Source: a virus (Duplodnaviria; Heunggongvirae; Uroviricota; Caudoviricetes). Taken from it: a DNA stretch of 64,000 nt. Positions 9,794 to 18,844 of this stretch are shown here, one piece after another (position 1 is the first letter of the stretch; each line of letters begins with the position of its first letter). The notes beneath the pieces were generated by a model. It searched no databases, was not told the DNA's origin, and saw only the letters and a list, made by a program, of their open reading frames with translations. Location: IMG/VR virus record IMGVR_UViG_3300038379_000173, positions 64,001 through 128,000 of that record, one strand, 5' to 3'. The translations under genes and the position numbers were made by a program.

Positions 9794-10512
9794 TTGTCAC
9801 CATAGAGTTTGCGAGCTAACTCCTTACACTCATAAGCCGCAGCTTTTTCTTCTGCTTGACGATGGCCACTTATTTGTTTTGGATGAACACGGAAGGCGGC
9901 GAGCACGGCGTTAATCAATCCGAAAGAAGTATACTGGGCGGCCCTAACAACCCATTCGTAATCTTCGCAAATCCTATGCCAGTAGGGGCCAGCTTGCAAC
10001 CACAGCACACGCGTATACATAAAGGACATGCCAATGTCGTAACCCTCAACAAGGTCCTTACCCCTCTGTGGTTGTTGGTGGATAACATCGCGAATTTTCT
10101 TGCCATCCTCAGTCATGAAAGCAAAGTCGCTATAGACTAATTGTATGTTGGCGCCGGCTGCTTTAGCTTGCTCCAACCCGCAATAAAGAACCTCAAGGAA
10201 CTGAGGGAAATAGACGTTATCAGCACTACACCACGTAATGTATTCGCCACGAGCATTTTCGTGTCCGAGATTGAGGGCTGAGCCCGTTCCTCCATTAAGC
10301 TTTTTAAACGTCCTAATGCGTCTATCGAACAAAAACTGATTAATAATCCCTTGTGTGTTGTCGGTCGAGCCATCGTCTACAATTAGAATTTCAAAAGCCC
10401 CAAAGGTTTGTTTGAGTAAACAATCGAGAGTCTGTGCGAGATACTTCTCGCCATTATAGACTGGCACAACAATAGAAACACGAGGATTGTCCTCTAAAAT
10501 AATTTCGCGCAT
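9790..10512 (-). CDS. GT2 glycosyltransferase
   Basis: VSIVVPVYNGEKYL, IVDDGSTD, NGGTGSALNLG, WCSADN, EDYEW. Confidence 0.92.
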   Translation of the reverse strand: MREIILEDNPRVSIVVPVYNGEKYLAQTLDCLLKQTFGAFEILIVDDGSTDNTQGIINQFLFDRRIRTFKKLNGGTGSALNLGHENARGEYITWCSADNVYFPQFLEVLYCGLEQAKAAGANIQLVYSDFAFMTEDGKKIRDVIHQQPQRGKDLVEGYDIGMSFMYTRVLWLQAGPYWHRICEDYEWVVRAAQYTSFGLINAVLAAFRVHPKQISGHRQAEEKAAAYECKELARKLYGDK

Positions 10513-10518
10513 AACGTC

Positions 10519-11775
10519 TTAAAAACTCTTTTCTGTGCTATTCTCAAGAGCACCGAGAGAAGTTTGAGGATTAAGTGTCTGACGCACTGCGTCAAAATAC
10601 CCAGTGCCGACAAACCCCTGATGTTTGTAAGCTCTATAGCCCATAGAGGTTAACATCTTCTCGTTTTGTTGTAGTCGCGAATAACCCAACATGCCATCGT
10701 TTGCAAAATCGTGGGCTAGTGCAAACATATCTTTATTGAGTGAATGGAAACCAGCAAGAGTAACGAAACGAAATTTATAGCCCAGGGTGTTTAGACGCTT
10801 ATCATACTCGACAAGGTCGGCCGGAGTCATTTCTGTCCATTCTTTGAATGACGGGCTCATGTTATAGGCTAGCCACTTCCCAGGAAATCTCTCGTGGATA
10901 GCATTGGCAAATTTCTCTGCGTCTTCCAAGGATGGATTAGAAGTCTCGCACCAAACAACATCGACATATTGGGCAAAAGCTAAAGCTCGCTCAATAGCCC
11001 ACTGGAAACCACCGCGTATTTTGATGAATCCATCGTCGGTTTGTTTTGCGACAGAAAAATGCGTATCGACTTCCTGATACTCAATAAACCTTACATCTGT
11101 TCCGTCTGGAATACAACGAGTAAGAAGACCAGCAGCTTCTGCATCAGTGCGCCCAATAATCACAAGAGGCACATCGCAAATGTCGGCCATTAACCGGGCC
11201 GCTTTTAATTTTTCAATGAATTCCTCAACTGGCACCAACACCTTGCCACCCAAATGTCCACATTTCTTTTCACTACTCAGTTGGTCCTCAAAATGGACAC
11301 CAGCCGCCCCAGCCTTTATCATCCACTTGGTAAGCTCAAAGGCATTCAAAGCGCCGCCAAAACCGGCCTCACAATCAGCAACAAGCGGAATGACGTAAGG
11401 ACGCAATTCGCCATTAATAGAAGTGATTTGTTCTTGACGAACAAGTGCATTGATAATTCCTTCGACCAAACGTGGACAACGGTCGGCAGGATATAAGCTT
11501 TGGTCTGGGTACATATCACCATTAACATCCGCGGCAACTTGCCATCCAGACACATAGCCGGCCTTGAGGCCGCCATCTACCATTTGGACGGCCTGGGCCG
11601 GCGTAGATATTCCAAGGGCACTCACGCCATCTTTTGATGCTAACAGTGAACGTAAAGTCCTAGCGTTGTGACTAGTAAAGGAATAATCATGGCGCATAAA
11701 ACCCCTAAGGCGGTCAACGTCCTTTGAAGACCACGAGCGCTCAGCGTTGCATGTCCACCAATCGTTATCTGACAT
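10519..11775 (-). CDS. aceA: Isocitrate lyase
   Basis: YVSGWQVAAD, MYPDQSLYP, PLVADCEAGFGG, GVHFEDQ, catalytic KKCGH, IIGRTDA, WCET, AYNMSPSF, KHQGFVGTGYFD. Confidence 0.97.
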   Translation of the reverse strand: MSDNDWWTCNAERSWSSKDVDRLRGFMRHDYSFTSHNARTLRSLLASKDGVSALGISTPAQAVQMVDGGLKAGYVSGWQVAADVNGDMYPDQSLYPADRCPRLVEGIINALVRQEQITSINGELRPYVIPLVADCEAGFGGALNAFELTKWMIKAGAAGVHFEDQLSSEKKCGHLGGKVLVPVEEFIEKLKAARLMADICDVPLVIIGRTDAEAAGLLTRCIPDGTDVRFIEYQEVDTHFSVAKQTDDGFIKIRGGFQWAIERALAFAQYVDVVWCETSNPSLEDAEKFANAIHERFPGKWLAYNMSPSFKEWTEMTPADLVEYDKRLNTLGYKFRFVTLAGFHSLNKDMFALAHDFANDGMLGYSRLQQNEKMLTSMGYRAYKHQGFVGTGYFDAVRQTLNPQTSLGALENSTEKSF

Positions 11776-11778
11776 AGT

Positions 11779-13221
11779 TCACCTAGGATTGAATGTCCCA
11801 TTTGTAATAGACTCAAGGGTTATTTTGGCCGCTTCTTTTGCCAACGGAGCATTATCACAGGAATCTAATATTTCTTCTACAGCAGACCCAACGTCGTATT
11901 CACTGTGAACCTTTTGCGCCAAGCGTTGGCCAACCATCAGACGATTGATACGGTCAGTAGCCAAATCTTCCATGTATCCGTCAATCAAAGAAGCTCCGCG
12001 TCCTTCCAATACACCTTGGCGATATAAAATAGAAGTACGCAAAGCCGCCTTTGTTCCTTCAATAGTTACTGGCAAGTGTTCGCGCTCAGGAAAAGCTTTA
12101 AGGTCAGGTCGCAGCCACTCTTCACCTGGTCGCACTTTTAGTTGATTTTTCCTTCTGAAGCATTTAACCGCAATAGCATTTTGGTCAGGATGTCCAGTCC
12201 ACGCCCCGTCCATACCGCAATCAAATTCGTTTTGCTTGTCCGCTTTCAGTCTATCTAGAGCTAGAGTATTAAGCGCTGAATCCTTCCGGGACGGAAATAA
12301 GGCGGTCATGCCGCCAATAGCCAATAGACCATGTGAATGACAGAACTGAACAAGTTGCTTCCGATGATGCTGAAAGAACGTTACGTTGTGCGGAATGGCA
12401 TTACGGTCGGGAAAAATCCAATCGGGCCGCTTGAATGTAAAATGTATGATGGACGCCATGAGGTCCCAGCGCCCAAGGGCAAGTCCAACCAAATAATTCT
12501 TGAGAACCTCACCAAATTTTTCTAGGTGATACGGAAGCGGCATTGATTCTACTAGAGCCATACACTTAATGGTCCCAAGCGGCCATTTCTTTGCTCTCTC
12601 GATGGCTACAAAAGCATCTCGCCACCATTGGCCGTCAAATGTACTCTCGCATTTAGGAATCATTATACATGGGGCGTGAGGTAGTGATTCAAGTGTCATG
12701 TCTCCGAAAATCTCACAGAGGTCATAGAGAGACGCGGGTATTTGTATGTCAACCTTGGCCGCCGTATTGATATATTGGGAGAGGTGTAGACCGCGCGGCC
12801 GAAACCAGACTACGGTACCATTTCCAATTTTAAGTTCACTACTTAAAACCTTCTTTATGTTCTCATGGCCGGCAGTAATCGCACCCCATGTGTTAGCCAC
12901 AGAATCCTCTAGGTCTAACATAACACCAGGGGAACCAGACATAAGAAGTTTGGCGGCCAAATCTAGATTATCGGCCGGCCCAGTCATTTGGTTGCGTTGG
13001 TCTAAAAGCCAGGAGGGCAACGATACCTTCCATTGAGACGGTTCTTCTGCCACTGGATAATCAGGGAGAACATTACGCCAACCTAACAAAAGTTGTTTTG
13101 TGCGAAGGTCATTCAGATGACGCCAACGCCGCCACAGCGCTGTTTTGTCGCGGAGATAAACCCAAAGTCTGGCCGCCCCGCCTTTTATTTGTTCGCTGCG
13201 TGGCATATAATTTGGTTGCAC
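11779..13221 (-). CDS. aceB: Malate synthase (A-type-like)
   Basis: QMTGP, MLDLEDS, RPRGLHL (catalytic Arg), IPKCES, LVES, GRWD, IGGM, KADKQNE, DGAWTGHP, MEDLAT (catalytic Asp). Confidence 0.93.
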   Translation of the reverse strand: MQPNYMPRSEQIKGGAARLWVYLRDKTALWRRWRHLNDLRTKQLLLGWRNVLPDYPVAEEPSQWKVSLPSWLLDQRNQMTGPADNLDLAAKLLMSGSPGVMLDLEDSVANTWGAITAGHENIKKVLSSELKIGNGTVVWFRPRGLHLSQYINTAAKVDIQIPASLYDLCEIFGDMTLESLPHAPCIMIPKCESTFDGQWWRDAFVAIERAKKWPLGTIKCMALVESMPLPYHLEKFGEVLKNYLVGLALGRWDLMASIIHFTFKRPDWIFPDRNAIPHNVTFFQHHRKQLVQFCHSHGLLAIGGMTALFPSRKDSALNTLALDRLKADKQNEFDCGMDGAWTGHPDQNAIAVKCFRRKNQLKVRPGEEWLRPDLKAFPEREHLPVTIEGTKAALRTSILYRQGVLEGRGASLIDGYMEDLATDRINRLMVGQRLAQKVHSEYDVGSAVEEILDSCDNAPLAKEAAKITLESITNGTFNPR

Positions 13222-13222
13222 A

Positions 13223-14233
13223 TTACACCCTTAGAACATTATAGAATGGATGGACAGTTTTCCATGGCCCCAACATCATGAGTGGGATGACTGGAAGGTC
13301 ATGGCCGCCATATACATAGTTACTCGTCCATTGCGCAAAAGTTTTATTAATGTAAGTCTCTTCGTGTTGTTCATACAATGGATGTGTAGTCATTACAGTA
13401 GGATGTTGCCAATTAAACTCCAATATAGTATTTGGGTGCTCCTTATGTTCCACAAACTCAATATATTTTTCGTCAAACTTCTGCGAAGCATTCATCCCAT
13501 CGGATAGAGCAAATTTACGCAACTCGCTCTGATAAAATTCCCTCTTCATCGTATGAAATGCCTTACCCTTGGCATGTCCATAATGGTATACATATAGAGA
13601 TGGGATGAAAAATCGTTTGGTTTGATAATGATTGCTGAAATACGTACAGTGCCCATCTGAGTCGGTTGCGACTGGATGTGTATGGTAACGTAATCCTGGC
13701 CGCCAGCGTAATATTCTTTGATGCCACAAATTCCATTCTGGATGTGGCGCTTTAATATGCCAGAAATCTCTGTAGAAATGTAGGAAGGTGGGAATAAATT
13801 CACTCGCGAGTGGCTGTATTTCTATAGCGCGCCGCAATCTTTCAATAGAACCTTCCATGTAGAATTCATCTACATCACAGATTATATTCCAATCGCCAGG
13901 CCGCCCAACATCCAAGAAAATTTGCTTGCCCTCCTCTAGGGATTTAAAGTGCCGCCGCAGTGTATAGAGTTCAATTTTATTGTGTGGGTCAGGAAAATTC
14001 CGAATGATGTCTAAGGTCCCATCGGTCGAATGACCGTCAGGTGTAGAATGTGGGCGACCCTCAACAGCACCCTCAACTACACGGATGATATCAAATTCAT
14101 CATAGCAATTCCTTAGGTTATATTCTATCCAGTCAGCCTCGTTGTGCGCGGCCACACATTTGACCAACCGTGGGCGCGGCCCATTATAGTTGACACTATC
14201 TATTATATCAGCGACTTGCTTCCTAGGCTGCAT
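13223..14233 (-). CDS. GT2-like glycosyltransferase
   Basis: AAHNEADWI, STDGT, ICDVDE, YHYGH. Confidence 0.8.
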   Translation of the reverse strand: MQPRKQVADIIDSVNYNGPRPRLVKCVAAHNEADWIEYNLRNCYDEFDIIRVVEGAVEGRPHSTPDGHSTDGTLDIIRNFPDPHNKIELYTLRRHFKSLEEGKQIFLDVGRPGDWNIICDVDEFYMEGSIERLRRAIEIQPLASEFIPTFLHFYRDFWHIKAPHPEWNLWHQRILRWRPGLRYHTHPVATDSDGHCTYFSNHYQTKRFFIPSLYVYHYGHAKGKAFHTMKREFYQSELRKFALSDGMNASQKFDEKYIEFVEHKEHPNTILEFNWQHPTVMTTHPLYEQHEETYINKTFAQWTSNYVYGGHDLPVIPLMMLGPWKTVHPFYNVLRV

Positions 14234-15320
14234 GTAGAGCCTCTGTTATTTTAGCAGCTGTGTTAGCCCAAGTAAACTGGCTGGCTGTCTCTCTAGCATT
14301 ATTTACAAGAGTCTCACGTTCTACTACCTTCATCCCATGTGCGCGTTTCATAGCTTCTGCTAATTCCAAAGTTGAGAATGAACACCAAGCACCTTGACCA
14401 TGAAACCATATACCATCATGGGCCGCAACCATTCCAGTAGGTTTAACAAGAATGGTATTAGACTCGCCCATATATTGTGTATGCCCCGAATAGTCCGTCG
14501 CGATACAAGGTTTGCCACACGCCATCATTTCAAGAGGTTCTAGATTCCAGCCCTCGGCATGAGAGGGGAAAATACCCCAGTCAACCTGATTGAACAACAC
14601 GCGTAATTCGCCATGAGTATTAACTCGCGGCAAAATCTTTATATTCTGACCATTCTTACTCGAGATGTATTTAATAGCCCACTGTTCATTGCCAAGGTTG
14701 GCCTTTAGGAATGGATTATCATTGACCATCCACAATTCTACTGGGTCGTTAGGTTCAAATGCGATATTAAATGCATCTAAAAGCTCTTGGTGTCCCTTAC
14801 GCACTTCCCACTTACCAACATTAAGGAAGATAGTTTTATTGCGAGTATGATATGGTCGCGCTTTGGCCGCGACTTCATCTTTATAGAATGTTGTTGTGTC
14901 GACTCCTAGTGGAATAACACTAGTGGGCACATTAATATGGTTAGCGCGCACCACATCTTTTGCCCAATCACTACAGACAAATAGACCATCTACACTTCCA
15001 AGATGATGAAGTTCACGCTCGTCGAACTTGTCCAATTCAAAGATGGGCCAACCAATACGCTTGCCCTTCCCCGGAAACATAGCTAGTTCATTTTGATGCC
15101 AAATACGGATAGACGGGGCGTCTGGAGTATAAAACGCTGCATTTTGTATGCATTTTTGAACAAGCTCAATAGTAGAGCGATTTTTCTCAACTTCAACATT
15201 CCCAATCGGGAAAAGGCTTACTGTATGTCCTTGCTCTACTAGAGCCTTTAGAACGTTTAGTCCAACTACTCCATAGCCCAATTGATTTATTGGCGCAACT
15301 AGGTTTAAGAACATTTCCAA
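14223..15320 (-). CDS. GT4 glycosyltransferase
   Basis: GYGVVG, PLGVD, VGKWEVRKG, FPSHAEGWNLEPLEMMACGKP.IATDYSGH. Confidence 0.9.
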   Translation of the reverse strand: MEMFLNLVAPINQLGYGVVGLNVLKALVEQGHTVSLFPIGNVEVEKNRSTIELVQKCIQNAAFYTPDAPSIRIWHQNELAMFPGKGKRIGWPIFELDKFDERELHHLGSVDGLFVCSDWAKDVVRANHINVPTSVIPLGVDTTTFYKDEVAAKARPYHTRNKTIFLNVGKWEVRKGHQELLDAFNIAFEPNDPVELWMVNDNPFLKANLGNEQWAIKYISSKNGQNIKILPRVNTHGELRVLFNQVDWGIFPSHAEGWNLEPLEMMACGKPCIATDYSGHTQYMGESNTILVKPTGMVAAHDGIWFHGQGAWCSFSTLELAEAMKRAHGMKVVERETLVNNARETASQFTWANTAAKITEALHAA

Positions 15321-16444
15321 AGCTCCCAGTGTTTCTCGATAACATTTAAAAGTTGTAGTCCAACGTGTTGTGGGCTAAATTTAGCTGCACGTCCCTTGCA
15401 AATCGCTTCAAATCTGTTCCAGTCCGATACTTCGCGTGTTTCCCACATAGTATATGCATCGCGCATGCAGGCACGCAAACTATTACAATCTGGCTCAATC
15501 CAGTTTTCATCACCAGTATAAAGATAATCTAGTGGGTGTGGCATATCAAAGACTGGAGATGCCGAACCATCACAAACCCAACCAGCAAATGGTCTAATAA
15601 ATTCACTAGGTCCAGTGCCGTCTACAGCAATAGCTGGGCGACCAAATCCCAGAGCATCAAAATGCGGAACACCCCAACCCTCTCCCCTAGATGGGAGCAC
15701 ATAACAATCGGTACTCTTATATAGAGAGTCTATTTCTTGTGAAGTTGAAACTCCATGGATGATATGAATGGGGGCATATGACTTACGTCGCATAGCAGTC
15801 TTCATCGTCTGAACTAATTGGATGACCTTCTGTTGATGTTCAGGTGTATCGTGTGGGGTAAGGTAGGTTTTAACAACGAGTAGAACATTATCATCCGCAG
15901 AAAATTCAGACAGATAGGCTTTTAGGAGTGCGTCAAATCCCTTCTTTTTGCTAAATTGAAAGATACTAAGAAATTTGAATGCATCATTATGCGAAGGAAA
16001 GAAAATCTTTGGGGCCTGACTGTCAAACCGACCAACTACGTAAGTGTATGGAACAATTTCTACTGGAACTGTTACCCCACTTATTTTGCAAGCTTGCCAA
16101 TTTGCCTTGGTGGGCACAATAACAAGCTGCATGCGATTTAATTCATTGACCCATTGGAGCGGCAACCTATCTGTTTCCCAACAAAACAATCCTACATTAA
16201 AAGCGCCTTCTTTGGCTTCCATCTCATTGGGCGTAGTGTGCTGCAAAATCACATCCACGTCATCTGACGGATAAGCACTAAAACGGTCTAACTGCGCACT
16301 TTGATGGTTACCACCATCATAAAGTAAACACCGAGCCGCCAAAGCACCATCTTCAATGTAGAGGCTCAAAGCATTCAAATAACCGCGCGCAACACTAGCA
16401 TACCCGCTAAAATCCCTGAATGGCGCTATATAGAGAATTTTCAT
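15305..16444 (-). CDS. GT4 glycosyltransferase
   Basis: SGYASVAR, WETD, KKGFDALLKAY, VLPSRGEGWGVPHFDALGFG. Confidence 0.9.
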   Translation of the reverse strand: MKILYIAPFRDFSGYASVARGYLNALSLYIEDGALAARCLLYDGGNHQSAQLDRFSAYPSDDVDVILQHTTPNEMEAKEGAFNVGLFCWETDRLPLQWVNELNRMQLVIVPTKANWQACKISGVTVPVEIVPYTYVVGRFDSQAPKIFFPSHNDAFKFLSIFQFSKKKGFDALLKAYLSEFSADDNVLLVVKTYLTPHDTPEHQQKVIQLVQTMKTAMRRKSYAPIHIIHGVSTSQEIDSLYKSTDCYVLPSRGEGWGVPHFDALGFGRPAIAVDGTGPSEFIRPFAGWVCDGSASPVFDMPHPLDYLYTGDENWIEPDCNSLRACMRDAYTMWETREVSDWNRFEAICKGRAAKFSPQHVGLQLLNVIEKHWELWKCS

Positions 16445-18147
16445 AGTGTCACTGCCCCAATGTTACTGGTCGCCATAGGGGCAAAATCTGCGACTTCAAC
16501 TTCTCCACGTAACCTACAAGAATGACGCCAGCGCACTTCCTCGAAGGTATTTTGTGTGATGATTTGCTCGCGGAAATATTGCTCAACACCGTCACGAGCG
16601 CCACCATTTTGAAGGGTTTTTAACCAATCCTGTAGCCCTTTATTATCAGGGGTGCGGCCTAGTATATTAAAGTAGCACCAAGCCACGAAATCAATATCAC
16701 TGAGTCCTTCTGGGGGATGGCGGGTAGTTAGATGTGACAACGTCGGCGGCTTATCCCAAGTTGTGGTACGGTCATAACATTTCAAATTATCTACAATATA
16801 CATTAATTTGTCAGCAGTTTCTTGCCATGTGTGTTTAGATATAGCAACCGTACGTGCTTCTTTGCCTAGCGTAGCACGTAGTGAATCGTTAAGCGCCAAC
16901 TTTGCCATTTTTGCGGTTAAATCATCAATATCTGGCAGAGAGCGAATAGAAGCTGTCTCCGCTTCGTGGTAGAGACGCTGCACGCGAATTGGTAGCCCAC
17001 CGCCATTCGCTATATGGTCCTCCATAGCAGAATAAGCTTGATACAAGCCTGGGACACCACAAGCCTTAGACTCTGTAATAGGAACCCCCCAACCTTCACA
17101 GATGGCCGGCTGGATATAAACATCAAAAAGATTATAGACCTTACCCATCATCTCAGTAGAGATACCTGCGTGTGTAGATGGCATGTGGGCTGCTATTTCA
17201 CCGCATTCGCGACACTGACGTATTCCCCTCGAATCGCAAGGAGCAAACCAGTCTGCAAATACTTTCTTGCACGCATCACAAGTGTAGGTAAAGATAACAT
17301 GACGTTGGAGTTGAAAGCGCCGCAAATAATCTGGAAGGTCCCAGCCCAAATCAGGCCAACTAGTATGACAATAGAGAACACTATGGTCAATACGCAGCGC
17401 TTCTTTCTCAGAAGCAGAAAGACTCTGGCCGGCCTTAGCCTTCCCTTTAGCTCTCTCTACTACTTGACGAACTGCATACTTGTCACGCAAACGACGGTAA
17501 GCATCAAAAAGGTCAGGGAAGAGTTTGCGCCGCTGATTTCTCATCACTGTACCAAAAACAAATAGAGTTTGTGTGATGTGGAATTCGTCGCGAACGGCAA
17601 CTTTATCCATTGGGCGGAAAACTTCTAAGTCCACCCCCGGAGAGAGAACAGCTTCAACTGGAATACCATCTGCTTCCAAGGTACGTTTGCCGAATAGGCT
17701 GTATGTACACACTACATCAGTTTTCTTATAGATATTTTCTATCCAGTCGCGACGCTGCGGGGCCGAATCTACAGTGGAGCACCAAATGTATTTGAAATTG
17801 TTCCTAAACCTTGAATTGACAACATGTTGTTCCATCCAAGGGTCTCTAAATCCTATCACATGGTCTGGTTGCCAATCTGCAAGTACCGCATCTATTTTAT
17901 ACGCACCGAAATGGTTAGCCTCATTTCCCTTATAAATTTTAGCTTCCTGCTCATTTACTGGGAGATTACCATAGAATTTCCATGGGAGTGCCTTAGACTC
18001 CTTGCAGACTGAAGCCCATGAACCAAATTCGGCCACCTCATACTTTCCAGTAGCATGAAGCGCGCGGAGCATTTCGCGCTGAAAAACACTGAAGCCTGTT
18101 GCTAAAAATGAAGCCTCGCCGCTAAATAGTAATCTTTTCTTTTTCAT
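16441..18147 (-). CDS. GT4 glycosyltransferase with Cys-rich insertion and C-terminal DUF4214-like domain
   Basis: TGFS, PGVD, RNQRRK, QPAICEGWGVP.TESKACG; CxxC...CxxC insertion; C-terminal FVAWCYFNILGRTPDNKGLQDW resembles DUF4214. Confidence 0.85.
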   Translation of the reverse strand: MKKKRLLFSGEASFLATGFSVFQREMLRALHATGKYEVAEFGSWASVCKESKALPWKFYGNLPVNEQEAKIYKGNEANHFGAYKIDAVLADWQPDHVIGFRDPWMEQHVVNSRFRNNFKYIWCSTVDSAPQRRDWIENIYKKTDVVCTYSLFGKRTLEADGIPVEAVLSPGVDLEVFRPMDKVAVRDEFHITQTLFVFGTVMRNQRRKLFPDLFDAYRRLRDKYAVRQVVERAKGKAKAGQSLSASEKEALRIDHSVLYCHTSWPDLGWDLPDYLRRFQLQRHVIFTYTCDACKKVFADWFAPCDSRGIRQCRECGEIAAHMPSTHAGISTEMMGKVYNLFDVYIQPAICEGWGVPITESKACGVPGLYQAYSAMEDHIANGGGLPIRVQRLYHEAETASIRSLPDIDDLTAKMAKLALNDSLRATLGKEARTVAISKHTWQETADKLMYIVDNLKCYDRTTTWDKPPTLSHLTTRHPPEGLSDIDFVAWCYFNILGRTPDNKGLQDWLKTLQNGGARDGVEQYFREQIITQNTFEEVRWRHSCRLRGEVEVADFAPMATSNIGAVTL

Positions 18148-18376
18148 TCCGCCATGCTTCTAATAATTGTTGCTTGGTCAACCGCATTGGAAATGCGAGT
18201 TGAGCCAGTAGCTCTAACACTTCGTGGCGCGCACATTTATACAAGTAGCCAGGGGCGTTGTTTGTCGCGCGCCCCTGGCCCTTCAGGATGCCGATGTAAG
18301 ATGCCTGCACAGCGTCTGCTTTAAGCCGTGCAGGCACATTACGTGTGGCCGCCCTAATAATAGGGTCAAAATCCAT
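18122..18376 (-). CDS. Small protein resembling sigma-70 region 2
   Basis: DAVQASYIGILK...GYLYKCARHEVLELL resembles the D..Q..GL....Y....R pattern of region 2; only 84 aa long. Confidence 0.4.
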   Translation of the reverse strand: MDFDPIIRAATRNVPARLKADAVQASYIGILKGQGRATNNAPGYLYKCARHEVLELLAQLAFPMRLTKQQLLEAWRNEKEKITI

Positions 18377-18384
18377 TGGGCCCT

Positions 18385-18801
18385 TTAAAAGGGAGCTTCT
18401 TCCTCTTCTTCCTCCGAAGGAGGCACTGTTTGTTTGGCCGCCTTCCCGCCCTTTGCGTCTTTGGATGACTTTGCCGCCTTATCCACAGGGTCTAGAAGTT
18501 GCCATTCATTTAGGATGATTTGGATACGTTCAACCCTAGTGCCATCGTCTTTTTCGTAATTGTCGGGGGCAAGACGCCCAGTAACAAGCACCTTAGCACC
18601 TTTAGTTACCTTCTCCAAAACAGAACTAGCACGGTCTCCAAACATAACACAGTCAAAGAAAAGCGACTCCTCAATCCAGTCGTCACCTTGTTTTCTAGCA
18701 CGATTATTCACAAAGCGGAACTTTGCGCCCTTTGCACCAGCCGAACGGGGTTCAGCTACAACACGACCAGCCAACGTCACCACATTCAAATCTTGAGCCA
18801 T
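18385..18801 (-). CDS. ssb: Single-stranded DNA-binding protein
   Basis: LNVVTLAGRVVAEP, FFDCVMFG, KGAKVLVTGRL, acidic tail EEEEEAPF; start refined to ATG 18801 (GGAGG RBS). Confidence 0.92.
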   Translation of the reverse strand: MAQDLNVVTLAGRVVAEPRSAGAKGAKFRFVNNRARKQGDDWIEESLFFDCVMFGDRASSVLEKVTKGAKVLVTGRLAPDNYEKDDGTRVERIQIILNEWQLLDPVDKAAKSSKDAKGGKAAKQTVPPSEEEEEEAPF

Positions 18802-18844
18802 AAATCCTCCTGACAATAATATAGGGAATTAAAATCCCTGCCGA

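Noticed and set aside
10519-13221. aceAB as host chromosomal contamination
   Set aside because: Seamless 1-6 nt spacing to phage-strand GT genes, no host-like flanks (aceK, iclR), and the same apparent GATC-free signature. Read-level confirmation is still advisable.
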